A stretch of DNA of 64,000 nt from Eledone cirrhosa (GCA_964016885.1 OZ024762.1:19840001-19904000), one strand, 5' to 3'; positions 12,373 to 24,774 are shown, counted from the stretch's first letter. The notes: a model not told the origin generated them from the sequence alone. Numbers and translations: made by a program.

Positions 12373-13007
12373 TAATTTAAAACTAATATTTTTGTATTGA
12401 AGAACTAGGGATCAATTCAAGTCGTTTGGTGCCAAAAAGGTTAAATCATTTCAAAGAGAACTTAACTTAAATCACCATAAACTAATTTCTAGCAGTTAGG
12501 GTCCTTCTCTCATGACCATACAGTTGTGGTTTCAATTCTTGGACCTTACTTAGAATTTGGCTGCCTCATGCATCTTGAGAAGCAGGAAGTGGCCAAAGTG
12601 CAACAATGACCACACCACAGTCAGTCGCATCTATTAATACATCCTTCAAACTTTTACTGGCGGGTTTCAGGTCCCTCTTAATTGTTTACCGTCAGTTCAT
12701 CTTCGGACGTCCTTTTTGCCTTTTTCCATGGGGGGGGGGGGGGGGGGGGGGGGGTACCGATACAGGACCTGATTAGCAAGCATTTCTCTCTCTCTCTCTC
12801 TCTCACTTGGGAGCCGTGTGTCGTGGGAGCCATGTGTTGTGGGAGCCGTGTGTTGCGTCACAACGAGCCAAGTAGATGTTTGTACAAGATATTAGACATC
12901 CATTGTTGGTATGTTTGTTGACAGACCTCGCTGTTGCTAAATTTTTTTTTTTTTATTAGTTCTTAATACTTAACATAGTTTAGCAGAAAACTGGTCTGTT
13001 AATTCAA

Positions 13008-13920
13008 GTGGTGGTGGTGGTGGTGGTGGTGGTAGTGGTAGTGGTGGTGGTGATGGGTGCTAACAGTAGTAGAGGAGGTGGTGGTGGTGGTGGTGATTGT
13101 GGTGGTGATGGTAGAGGCATTAATGGTTGTTGTGCTGTGTGGTGGTGGTGGTGGTGATGGGTGCTAACAGTAGTAGAGGTGGTGGTGGTGATGGTGGTGG
13201 TGGTGGTGGTGGTGGTGGTGGTGGTGGTGGTAGTGGTAGTGGTGGTTGTTGTGCTGTGTGGTGGTGGTGGTGGTGATGGGTGCTAACAGTAGTAGAGGTG
13301 GTGGTGGTGGTGATGGTGGTGGTGGTGGTGGTGGTGGTGGTGGTGGTAGTGGTAGTGGTGGTTGTTGTGCTGTGTGGTGGTGGTGGTGGTGATGGGTGCT
13401 AACAGTAGTAGAGGTGGTGGTGGTGGTGGTGATGGTAGAGGCATTAATGGTTGTTGTGCTGTGTGGTGGTGGTGGTGGTGGTGGTGGTGATTGTGGTGGT
13501 GATGGCAGTGGCATTAATGGTTGTTGTGCTGTATGGTGGTGGTGGTGATGTGTGCTAACAGTAGTAGAGGAGGAGGTGGTGGTGGTGGTGGTGGTGATTG
13601 TGGTGGTAGTGGCTGGCGTTAATGGTTGTTGTGTGGTGGTGGTGGTGGTGTGTGCTAGCAGTAGTAGAGGAGGTGGTGATTGTGGTGGTGGTGGCATTAA
13701 TGGTTGTTGTGCTGTATGGTGGTGGTGGTGGTGATGTGTGCTAACAGTAGCAGAGGAGGTGGTGGTGGTGGTGATTGTGGTGGTAGTGGCTGGCGTTAAT
13801 GGTTGTTGTGCTGTGTGGTGGTGGTGGTGGTGTGTGCTAACAGTAGTAGAGGAGGTGGTGATTGTGGTGGTGGTGGCATTAATGGTTGTTGTGGTGTGTG
13901 GTGGTGGTGGTGGTGGTGAT
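13008..13920. repeat. (GGT)n-based higher-order minisatellite
   Basis: Recurring GTGCTAACAGTAGTAGAGG / GCATTAATGGTTGTTGTG motifs in GGT runs. Confidence 0.92.
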
Positions 13921-14072
13921 ATATTTGCATTTTCATAATCCACTCACGTATAGGAAATGTGTGTTTGTGTGCAGCCATATTGTATGAATTTATATATAGC
14001 GTACGTATATAGATTTTCATGCCTATACACATGTCTACATACATATATATATATGCATGTGTGTGTATATAA

Positions 14073-14114
<42 letters not shown>

Positions 14115-14184
14115 CGAGAGATCGGACGTAAAAAATGATGATGATGTATTTATAAAGTAAGAGAGATTTTCATACATATACATG

Positions 14185-14220
<36 letters not shown>

Positions 14221-14470
14221 TATATACACACACGCCCACACACATATATATACACACCCACACATATATATATACACACACATATATATATATATATATA
14301 CACACACATACGCTTATGCACTTATCCAAATGTATTTATATAAGTACATACATATCGATATATCTGTATGTGCATGCATTTGCATATATACACGTATATG
14401 ATAAACTGTTACAAACTGATTGATATAAAGATGGGATTTAGTGATTTACCAATGCTTGCTTGCTTCATTC

Positions 14471-14504
<34 letters not shown>

Positions 14505-14638
14505 TGTGAGTGTCATGTTGATTCGTACTGAACAGAGTGTGGCTTGCTGAATCCCTCATGTCAGATCTACAGAATCAAGAAGAATGGACACAGAAAGTAG
14601 AAAAATCTCTTTGTATTCTTACCATTTTTTTCTGCATG

Positions 14639-14744
<106 letters not shown>

Positions 14745-14852
14745 TATATATATACCGGCGTCATCATCATTTTACGTCCGCTTTTCCCTGCTTGCGAGGG
14801 TATATATACATATATATATATATATATATAAATATATATGACTCACTATCTC

Positions 14853-14885
<33 letters not shown>

Positions 14886-14985
14886 ATATATGTATATAAG
14901 TGGACGTAAAATGATGATGATGATATATGTATATATATATATATGTATATATATGTATATGTATGTATGTATATATATATGTATG

Positions 14986-15016
<31 letters not shown>

Positions 15017-15161
15017 ATATATGTATGTATGTATGTATATATATATGTATGTAGATATATATATATATATATATACATATATATACTTCTACTTTACAAA
15101 ATGTGGTGGGTGTATTTTGGATATATGTATATACAAAAATCTATACATATGTATGTGTATA

Positions 15162-15233
<72 letters not shown>

Positions 15234-15911
15234 CATACACACACACACACACGCACATATATATAAATATATATATAACACTAAATCTTCCTCTTCTGTT
15301 TTAGTTTTTTATTATTTCTACTTTTCCATTTTTCCTCCTAATGCCTGCAAAATAAACAAACATACCATATATTTCTTTCTCTAGTGATGGATTTGCTAAA
15401 TCTATATTCCTTCCTTACTTGGCATTCAGTTCTTCAGAATGGAAGAAATTTCGGGATTTTCCATATATTCTGGGAATATTCTCTTCACTTTTTCTTGCAT
15501 GTATCCTATTTTATTTTCTATCTTTGTAATCGTTTTGTTGCAGTTATGTTTTATTTCGTCCTTACAGAGTTATTGGCAGTTCTGTGTAGACTGTAATATA
15601 TGAATTGTGTTTTCTAGCTTGTCTAGAAAATATGGCCATTTTGCTGTTTTATTCAGCTACCCTCTCACCCATCTGTTTACTCCTTCACCCAGTTTCTTTT
15701 CTAAATATGATATATATACATGCATACATACATTCATATATATATATATATATAACAAAGAGGGTGTGGTAAGATACCAGGTGGACCATAATGCACCAGA
15801 GTACTCAATACTAAAGGGTAGTAGAGTGGGTAGTATGAAAAGATTCAGGACCCCGACAGCTGAACTCTGGCTGTTTCGACAGCTAGATCCACACTCATAA
15901 ATATATATAAG

Positions 15912-16119
15912 GATCGATCGACTTTCGTCAAATCGGACCGAGGAAACAATGTTTCCGTTGGTCTTTCCAGTTGCTAGTACTATCTATCGGTCGCAACTCC
16001 AGGTAGAAGGAGCAACGTGAAATAAAGTGTCTTGCTCAAGGACATAACGCATCGCCCGGTCCAGGAATCGAACTCACAACCTCAAGATTGTGAATCCAAT
16101 TCTCTAACCATTCAGCCAC
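15912..16119 (-). mobile_element. tRNA-derived SINE family C (CORE-like body, distinct tail)
   Basis: Reverse complement: GTGGCTGAATGGTTAGAG...GAGTTCGATTCC, GTCCTTGAGCAAGACACTTTATTTCAC; partial homologue at 37938-38088. Confidence 0.8.
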
Positions 16120-16219
16120 ATATATATATGTATATGTATGTATATATATGTATGTATATAAGTAAATCCCATGTAAAATCAGCGGTAACCACAGTTTAAA
16201 AAGGTACTCAATACATTAG

Positions 16220-16603
16220 TGTATCGGTAGAGGGTCGGACACTATGCTTTGATGCATAGAGTTACGCCCCTTGCCATTCTGAGTTCAAATCGCGCCAAGG
16301 TTGACTTTGCCTTTCATCCTTACGGGGTCGATAAAATAAAGTACCAGTAATGTACTGGGTATTTGCTGGCCTTGTGCCAAAAAGTAGAAACAATTATTTA
16401 ATATAATACTTGGTGGATTGGCAGTATTGGTAGAGGGTCGGACACCATGCTTTCCAGCATAGAGTTACGCCCCTTTACGGTCTGAGTTCAAATCCCGCTG
16501 AGGTAAACTTGGCCTTTCATCTTTACGGGGTCGAAAAAATAAAGCACCAGTAATGCACTGGGGTAATTGCTTGCCTTGTGCCAAAAGTACAAACAATTAT
16601 TTA
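16220..16603 (+). mobile_element. Two tandem SINE family B copies
   Basis: Each has A-box-like TGGCAGTATCGGTAG, B-box GAGTTCAAATC and tail GTAGAAACAATTATT. Confidence 0.9.
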
Positions 16604-16609
16604 ATATAA

Positions 16610-17790
16610 CACTACTACTTCACAGTGTAGTGGGTGTATTTTATCGTGGCACCAATACTACTACTTTACAGAGTGTACTGGGCGCATTTTATTGTGGTAC
16701 CAACACTACTACTTTACAGAGTGTACTGGGCGCATTTTATTGTGGTACCAACACTACTACTTTACAGAGTGTACTGGGTGTATTTTATTGTGGTACCAAT
16801 ATTACTACTTTACAGCATGTACTGGGTATATTTTATTGTGGTACCAACATTACTACTTTACAGAGTGTACTGGGTGTATTTTATTGTGGTACCAACATTA
16901 CTACTTTACAGAGTGTACTGGGTATATTTTATTGTGGTACCAACACTACTACTTTACAGAGTGTACTGGGTGTATTTTATTGTGGTACCAATATTACTAC
17001 TTTACAGCATGTACTGGGTATATTTTATTGTGGTACCAACAATACTACTTTACAGAGTGTACTGGGTGTATTTTATTGTGGTACCAACATTACTACTTTA
17101 CAGAGTGTACTGGGTGTATTTTATTGTGGTACCAATATTACTACTTTACAGAGTGTACTGGGTGTATTTTATTGTGGTACCAACATTACTACTTTACAGA
17201 GTGTACTGGGTGTATTTTATTGTGGTACCAACATTACTACTTTACAGAGTGTACTGGGTGTATTTTATTGTGGTACCAATATTACTACTTTACAGAGTGT
17301 ACTGGGTGTATTTTATTGTGGTACCAACATTACTACTTTACAGAGTGTACTGGGTGTATTTTATTGTGGTACCAACATTACTACTTTACAGAGTGTACTG
17401 GGTGTATTTTATTGTGGTACCAATATTACTACTTTACAGAGTGTACTGGGTGTATTTTATTGTGGTACCAACATTACTACTTTACAGAGTGTACTGGGTG
17501 TATTTTATTGCGGCGCCAACACCACTACTATACAGAGTGTGATGGTGCATTTTGTTATGGAACCAATGCTGCTACTTTACAGAGTGTACTGGGTGTATTT
17601 TATTGTGGTACCAACGTTACTACTTTACAGAGTGTACTGGGTGTATTTTATTGCGGCGCCAACACCACTACTATACCGAGTGTGATGGGTGCATTTTGTT
17701 ATGGAACCAATGCTGCTACTTTACAGAGTGTACTGGGTGTATTTTATTGTGGTACCAACATTACTACTTTACAGAGTGTACTGGGTGTAT
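16610..17790. repeat. 48-bp minisatellite, ~24 copies, derived from RTE/SINE 3'-UTR motif (reverse orientation)
   Basis: Unit ACTACTTTACAGAGTGTACTGGGTGTATTTTATTGTGGTACCAACATT; reverse complement matches AAAAGCACCCAG..CACTGTAAAGTG in the RTE 3' UTR. Confidence 0.95.
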
Positions 17791-18564
17791 GTTAGATAAA
17801 CAGATTTTTGCTATCTGTATCCGTGTCTTCTCAACAATAGGGAATGCTTATCTTGCACACTTTAAATATTAATCTATGAAACAGGTGGCAGGGGAAATGA
17901 CTTTCAATGTATTCTTATAACAGCAGCTGATACATTTGTGCATTAATAATGATTGTATTGATAGCAGGGGAGGTAGGCAGTGGTTGTGGGTGTGTGTGTG
18001 TGGGGGGGGGGGGGGGGGGTAGTTGTATATATTCATGTGTGTATATGTACATACCTATGTGAGAGTGTGTATGTGTGTATTCGTGCATGTGTATATGCCT
18101 ATGAGTGCGTATATATTCATGTGTGAGTGTGTATGTGTGTATTCATGCATGTCTATATGCCCATGAGTGCGTATATATTCATGTGTGTGTGTGTATGTAC
18201 ATACCTATGTGTGTGCATGTGTTGTACATGCTTGGGTGTGTGTGTAAACACATGCTTAGCTTCTTTTACATTTCATCATCTTTCTCAGTATCTGTTGATT
18301 TCATGAAACTACTTCAGAAATGTTTGACTTTTAAGAATACATTTGGTATTCAAATCTGTTTGGCATTTTCAACAGATTGTACCAGGGTGTAATGAAACAC
18401 CGTTGGTGCACTCAGTTAATGTGCAGGTGCAAATGTTGCACACAAAAAACACAAACAACAAAAAATGCACTTAGTACACTCTATAGCCGAAATATACAGT
18501 ATCCACCACTGCATCCCACCCTCGCGTACATTTCTCATGAGGACAGGCCAAAATACTGTAAATT

Positions 18565-19632
18565 AGTCGTGATGGTGGTGACACAGTAAAAAGCACCCAG
18601 CCCACACTGTAAAGTGGCTGTGATGGTGGCACGACCAAAAACACCCAGCCCACACTGTAAAGTGGCCGTGATGGTGACACGTCCAAAAGCACCCAGCTCA
18701 CACTGTAAAGTGGACATGATGGGGACACAGTAAAAAGCACCCAGCCCACACTGTAAAGTGGTCGTGATGGTGACACGACCAAAAGCACCCAGCCCACACT
18801 GTAAAGTGGCCGTGATGGTGACACGACCAAAAGCACCCAGCCCACACTGTAATGTGGCCGTGATGGTGACACAGTAAAAAGCACCCAGTCCACACTGTAA
18901 TGTGGCCGTGATAGTGGCATAGTAAAAAGCACCCAGCCCACACTGTAAAGTGGTCGTGATGGTGACATGACCAAAAGCACCCAGCCCACACTGTAAAGTG
19001 GTCGTGATGGTGACACAGTAAAAAGCACCCAGCCCACATTGTAAAGTGGTTGTGATGGTGTCACAACCAAAAGCACCCAGTCCACACTGTAATGTGGCCG
19101 TGATGGTGGCTTGGTAAAAAGCACCCAGCCCACACTGTAAAGTGGTTATGTTGGTGTTACAACCAAAAGCACTCAGCCCACACTGTAAAGTGGTCATGTT
19201 GGTGTTACAACCAAAAGCACCCAGCCCACACTGTAAAGTGGTCATGTTGGTGTTACAACCAAAAGCACTCAGCCCACACTGTAAAGTGGTCATGTTGGTG
19301 TTACAACCAAAAGCACTCAGCCCACACTGTAAAGTGGTCATGTTGGTGTTACAACCAAAAGCACTCAGCCCACACTGTAAAGTGGTCATGTTGGTGTTAC
19401 AACCAAAAGCACTCAGCCCACACTGTAAAGTGGTCATGTTGGTGTTACAACCAAAAGCACCCAGCTCACACTGTAAATGTGGTTGGCGTTAGGAAGAGCA
19501 TCCAGCCATAGAAATCCAGCCAGAATCAGTCCTATATGAGCAAGATACGGTCACCCGACCTGACTAGCCTTTAATGGGACAACTCGTCTAACCCATGCTA
19601 GTATGGAAAATAGACGTTAAACAATGATGATG
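18565..19632 (+). repeat. 48-49-bp minisatellite (~19 copies) followed by the RTE 3' terminus
   Basis: Unit AAAAGCACCCAGCCCACACTGTAAAGTGGTCGTGATGGTGACACGACC; array runs into GGTTGGCGTTAGGAAGAGCATCCAGCC...CTAACCCATGCTAG...(TGA)n. Confidence 0.93.
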
Positions 19633-19638
19633 TTAAAC

Positions 19639-19728
19639 CTGTAACTCCTGATGAAGTCATATGGTTACCACAGTTCCTACTTGTTTTGAACATGTCTTTG
19701 TCTCCGCTGAAACTAAGGAGTAGAGCAG
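19639..19728 (+). ncRNA. Possible degenerate hammerhead ribozyme motif (second family)
   Basis: CTC-CTGATGA-AG...CT-GAAA-C-TAAGGA-G-TA-GAG; stems I and III very short. Confidence 0.3.
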
Positions 19729-19873
19729 TCATAGGGAAACTGAGGCATGTTTGGCTTTCTCAATGGCCCACCTAATTTCAAAATTGCTTTGAATTTCTTT
19801 AGTAATGTGGCCTGCCTTATGAGGAGCCACATCCTACGTGGCTCACTGATAGAAAAAAATGTTGCCCATGCCT
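19726..19873. mobile_element. Degenerate hAT-like MITE
   Basis: Ends CAGTCATAGGGAAAC / GTTGCCCATGCCTG resemble hAT TIRs; no clean 8-bp TSD. Confidence 0.45.
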
Positions 19874-20061
19874 GCTCTATAGTGTAGTAGGGCTGGTTTC
19901 ACTAAAAAGCCCATCCGATGTACCCTGTATGATGGTTGGCATTAGAAAAGGGCATCCCTCCATAGAATCCATGCTGAATATGGAACATATGAGCAAGGTC
20001 TTGAACCTCATCTGGTCTCACATATTGTCAACCTGTCCAACCCATACCAGCATTGAAAGGG

Positions 20062-20460
20062 GACAATGATGGTGATGGTGGTGGTGATGGTGATGGTGGA
20101 GGTGGTGGTGATGACAGTGGTTGTGGTAATGATGACGGTGGAGGTGATGTAGGTGGTGGTTGTGGTAATGACGGTGTAGGTGGTGGGGATGGTGGTAATG
20201 ATGATGATGGTGATGGTGATGGTGATGATGGTGGTGGAGGTGGTGATGATGACAGTGGTTGTGGTGATGATGACGGTGGAGGTGATGTAGGCGGTGGTTG
20301 TGGTAATGACGGTGTAGGTGGTGGGGATGATGGTAATGATGATGATGGTGATGATGATGGTGGTGATGAGAATGGTGATGGTGATGAGAATGGTGATGAT
20401 GGTGATGATGATAATGATGGTAGTGGTGATGATGATGATGATGATGATGAGGAGGATGGT
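20062..20460. repeat. (GAT/GGT)n repeat with ~138-bp internal duplication
   Basis: Triplet repeats; GACAGTGGTTGTGG and GACGGTGTAGG each occur twice. Confidence 0.9.
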
Positions 20461-20744
20461 CACTTCCAGCTTTTGAATTCTTGATTATTTTCAAAATTAA
20501 TTGAAAATCGCAGACAGTGTCTTTCGTTAGATGTACGATAACAAAAGAACTTGGTGGAATTATGTCTGGTATATATAATATCCTATGAGTGCTGGTTTCA
20601 TTTATCTGATGTCAAGTTTGACAACATATATAGAGAGAGTGGGAGAGACAGAGAGAGAGAATTAACATATGGTTTGAAGAAAGAGTATACATACTGAGCA
20701 AAGTTTCAAGCAGAATGTGAGAGATATTGTAAAACAAAGAACTT

Positions 20745-20858
20745 TGCCTTTTATCCTTCTGTGGTTGATAAAATAAAGTACCAGTTAGGTACTGAGGCCA
20801 ATTAATTGACTTTCCCCTCTCCCCCAAATTGCTGACCTTGTGCCTAAAATTATAAACA

Positions 20859-20892
<34 letters not shown>

Positions 20893-21079
20893 GCAGTGGA
20901 TTGGCAGTATTGGTAGAGAGTCGGACACCATGCTTTGAAGCATAGAGTTACATCCCTTTATGATCTGAGTTCAAATTCCGCCGAGGTTAACTTTGCCTTT
21001 CATCCTTACGGGGGTCGATAAAATAAAGTACCGGTAATGTACTGGGATAATTGCTGGCCTTGTGCCAAAAGTAGAAACA

Positions 21080-21115
<36 letters not shown>

Positions 21116-21552
21116 GGGTTACGGCCCCTTAGGTTCTGAGTTCAAATCCTGCCGAGGTTAGCTTTGCCTTTCATCCTTACGCAGTCGATAGAATAAAGTA
21201 CCAGTAACGAACTGGGGGTTGATTTAATTGAGCCCAGCCCCTCCAAATTGCTGGCCTTGTGCCTAAAGTAGCAACAATTATTATTATTGCAGTGGATTGG
21301 CAGTATCGGAAGAGGGTCGGGCGCCATGCTTTGCATCATAGAGTTACGGCCCTTTACGGTCTGGGTTCAAATCCCGCCGAGGTTAACTTTGCCCTTCATC
21401 CTTACGGAGTCGATAAAATAAAGTACCAGTAATACACTGGAATAATTGCTGTCCTTGTACCTAACGTAGAAACAATTATTATTACGGGGTCGATCCAATT
21501 GACTTTCCCCGCCCCCAGAATTGCTGGCCTTGTGCCTAAATCAGAAACCATT
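20745..21552 (+). mobile_element. Cluster of four SINE family B copies separated by (TTA)n
   Basis: Repeated CTTTGCCTTTCATCCTTACGGGGTCGATAAAATAAAGTACC cores with TTA tails. Confidence 0.9.
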
Positions 21553-21580
21553 ACTATTATCATTATCAATAAAGAAATCA

Positions 21581-21619
<39 letters not shown>

Positions 21620-21693
21620 GCTTTTATTTTTGCAATCTCTCACCTATTTTGTCCTCTCCTGCTAGCATGGAAAATGGACGTCATATGATGGTG

Positions 21694-21734
<41 letters not shown>

Positions 21735-21865
21735 ATATGTGTGTATGTATATATATATATATGTGTGTATATGTATATATGTATACATATATATATGTAT
21801 ATATGTATGTATATATATATATGTGTGTATAAATGTATGTATATATATATGTGTATAAATGTATG

Positions 21866-21900
<35 letters not shown>

Positions 21901-21971
21901 ATAAATGTATGTATGTATATATATATGTGTGTATAAATGTATGTATGTATATATATATATGTGTATAAATG

Positions 21972-22010
<39 letters not shown>

Positions 22011-22051
22011 ATAAATGTATGTATATATATATATATATATGTGTATAAATG

Positions 22052-22094
<43 letters not shown>

Positions 22095-22969
22095 ATAAAT
22101 GTATGTATATATATATATATGTGTATATGTATATATATATTTGTATGTATATATGTATATATATGTATATGTGTATATGTATATATATATATGTGTATAT
22201 ATATATGTGTATATATATATGTGTGCGTGTGAGTGTGTGTATTAAAGTTTTTTTTTCCTTTCCAGGTAATATATGCACAGACACACACACACACACACAC
22301 TACATATATATATATTCTTCCTGGTTTCTTAAACAGTGATATTTTATTCATATATTAAAAAAAAGAAAAAAATTCCATCTATCTCTTCCTTTCTTTTCTT
22401 TTTACTTTCCTCCTGTTATCTTCTGCTCCTCCTTCTACCCTGGTACCACCACCACCTCCGCCACCCCTGGTACCACCACATCCTCCTACTTCTCCCCTAG
22501 TACCATGACCACCTCCTCCTTCTCCCCTGGTACCACCCCCACCTAATTCTTCTGATACCAATCTTCAGAACTCTGCCATTGTTGATGGTTAAGAAAGGAA
22601 GGTTATCTGTCTGACATAAATACCAGTTCCATCTTTATAATTAACTGTTAGGTTCAATATTGTTGCTGTAGCCGGTTGCTATTGTTGTTGTAGTTGTTGT
22701 TGCAGTTCTTGAAAACACCCCTCACCAGAATCTCACTTTATTGTTGAGTTGATGTATAGCAAAATAAAAAAAAATAAAAAAATAAAAAAATAAATAAAAT
22801 AAATAAAAAAAAAATAAATAAATACTAGTAATAATAAATATTAAATACAAACAAATAAAATACAAAAATAAAAAAAAATTTACCATTGAACTTTCTTTTG
22901 GAAAGTATTTCACTGGAAACTTGACACAAAGAACTTCAGTGCAAACAGTGAAGATCATTCTATGATGCA

Positions 22970-23357
22970 GGCGGCATGGTTGTGTGGTTAAAGCAGATCA
23001 CTTCACAGCCCTATGTGGTTCTAGGTTCAGTCCCTCTGCGTTGCACCTCGAGCAGGCAAGCGTTCTGTACTGTAATGTGTTGTTTCCTTGAGCAAGACAC
23101 TTTATTTCACGTTGCTCCAGTTTACTCAGCTGTAGAAGCGGTCGTGTAGGTGCCACGGCAAAAAAGCACCCAGCACTCACTGTAAAGTGGACGTGTAGGT
23201 GCCACGGAAAAAAAGCACCCAGCACTCACTGTAAATGAGGTTGGTATTAGGAAGGGCATCCAGCTGTAGAAATCAAGCCAGCATCAGTTCCCGTCCCACC
23301 CTTGCAAGCAGGGAAAAGTGGACATAAAGTGAAATGATGATGATGATGATGATGATA
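22970..23357 (+). mobile_element. SINE family A variant (tRNA-like head, CORE-like body, RTE tail)
   Basis: CCTTGAGCAAGACACTTTATTTCAC; TTAGGAAGGGCATCCAGCTGTAG; CCCTTGCAAGCAGGGAAAAG-(TGA)n. Confidence 0.85.
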
Positions 23358-23796
23358 TATATGTAACGAAGATCACTAGTATTAAGTCAATGTTCTCCGG
23401 CCAACATCTAGCTCACTCAATGAATCTGCCGAATTGCAGTAATGTAGCCACAACCAGCTGTTCAGTGTGCACACATTTAGTTAGCAGTTAGGGTGGCTGT
23501 GTTTTTGTAGAGATAAAAGTAAACAGCTCAAGTCCTGGACGATATCATTTCTCTGCAACATAACTTCACAAATACAGATATTAGATCTGCAATGTTCAGA
23601 AAGTCACGTAATATCAGCAGATATATATATATGTATATATATGTAAGAGGTGAGTTTTATTGTAGTACAATAAAGCAATGCAGATATCGGATAAGTAGCA
23701 CTCTACAGTTTGTAGGACTGGAGTATAAATAATAATATGTTGATTTAAAACTGCACTATTCACAAGTGTGTTTTAACCTTCATATAATGTCTCCCA

Positions 23797-23865
23797 ATTT
23801 TATCTGATGAAAACGCAAATGTTATTGCATGATGATATTTGTTTTTGAAATGCGCATAATAAAAT
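23797..23865 (+). ncRNA. Minimal type-I hammerhead ribozyme motif
   Basis: Stem I ATTTTAT/ATAAAAT; core CTGATGA (23804-23810); ~16-bp stem II; GAAA; palindromic TGCGCA stem III; TA cleavage site. Confidence 0.7.
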
Positions 23866-23925
23866 ACATGGAACTCTTTTAACCATCTTTTGATCTTATA
23901 TATATATATATATGTATATATATAT

Positions 23926-24261
23926 GGAGGCACATGGCTTAGTGGTTAGAGCATTGGCCTTTCAATCGAAAGGTTGTGAGTTCAGTTCTCAGACTGGGTG
24001 ATGTGTTGTTTCCTTGAGCAAGACACTTTATTTCACATTGCTGCAGTTTACTCAGCTGTAGAAATGAGATGATAGGGACTGGGGTCCCTATTATTCCACT
24101 GCAAAGTGGTCGTGGAGGTGCCACGGCAAAAAAGCACCCAGCACTCACTGTAAATGAGGTTGGTGTTAGGAAGGGCATCCAGCTGTAGAAATCAAGCCAG
24201 AATCAGTTCCCGTCCCACCCTTGCAAGCTGGGAAAAGGGGACGTAAAATGATGATGATGAT
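23926..24261 (+). mobile_element. SINE family A, full length
   Basis: A box TGGCTTAGTGG, B-box-like GAGTTCAGTTC, CORE-like body, RTE-derived tail and (TGA)n; near-identical to 37567-37901 and 57024-57365. Confidence 0.93.
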
Positions 24262-24774
24262 ATGTATGTATAAGGTAGATCAGATTAGTTGATAATACAA
24301 CTATATAAGGCAGAGACATGTACTTTATTTTATCAACTCCGTAAGGATGAAATGCAAAGTTAATCTTGGCATGATTTGAAGTTAGAATGTAAAGGGAGGT
24401 AATTGTATGTCACAAAGCATGTCTGATACTCCACCGATACTGCCAATCCTCCACCATTTTGAATCTAGTAAAATAATGAATTTTAAACTATATTTAAAAA
24501 ATAAAGATGTTATTTTCATTTATTCAATTTTGTCATTTAACTCTTTTGTCCGACTCCATAGTTAAGTTAGTTAATTAATTTCAGAAACAATCTATTTTGA
24601 TTATGTTTCGATTGTATACAAGATGCTTAACTAGCAAGAACATCTTCGTCTTGTCTTTATTTCTTCTGTGTTTTTCTGTTCTGTTTGTTTCTCCTGTCTA
24701 CACTTCCAGTGAAGCCTCCAGCCTAAACTGTAAAGTGGTTGTATAGGTGTCACAACATTATTATTACTTACAGT

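Larger units (their letters stand above)
11370..12444. mobile_element. MITE family M host carrying nested insertions
   Basis: Reverse-complement homology to 4097-4775; ends AAAGG-TTAA at 12444; interrupted at 11508 and 12000. Confidence 0.65.

Noticed and set aside
12807-12936. Minus-strand exon candidate ending at CAA|GTGAGA
   Set aside because: The acceptor is preceded by poly-A rather than a pyrimidine tract; no homology recognised.
16567-17795. Three overlapping 300-370-aa ORFs with 16-aa repeats
   Set aside because: A 48-bp stop-free satellite unit derived from a retrotransposon UTR keeps all three frames open.
23362-23790. Solo LTR suggested by a TGTAACG start
   Set aside because: No matching CA end or TSD found; more plausibly part of the hammerhead-bearing element.
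23926-23998. Functional tRNA genes in SINE heads
   Set aside because: A/B boxes are followed by SINE bodies and LINE tails; no complete cloverleaf.
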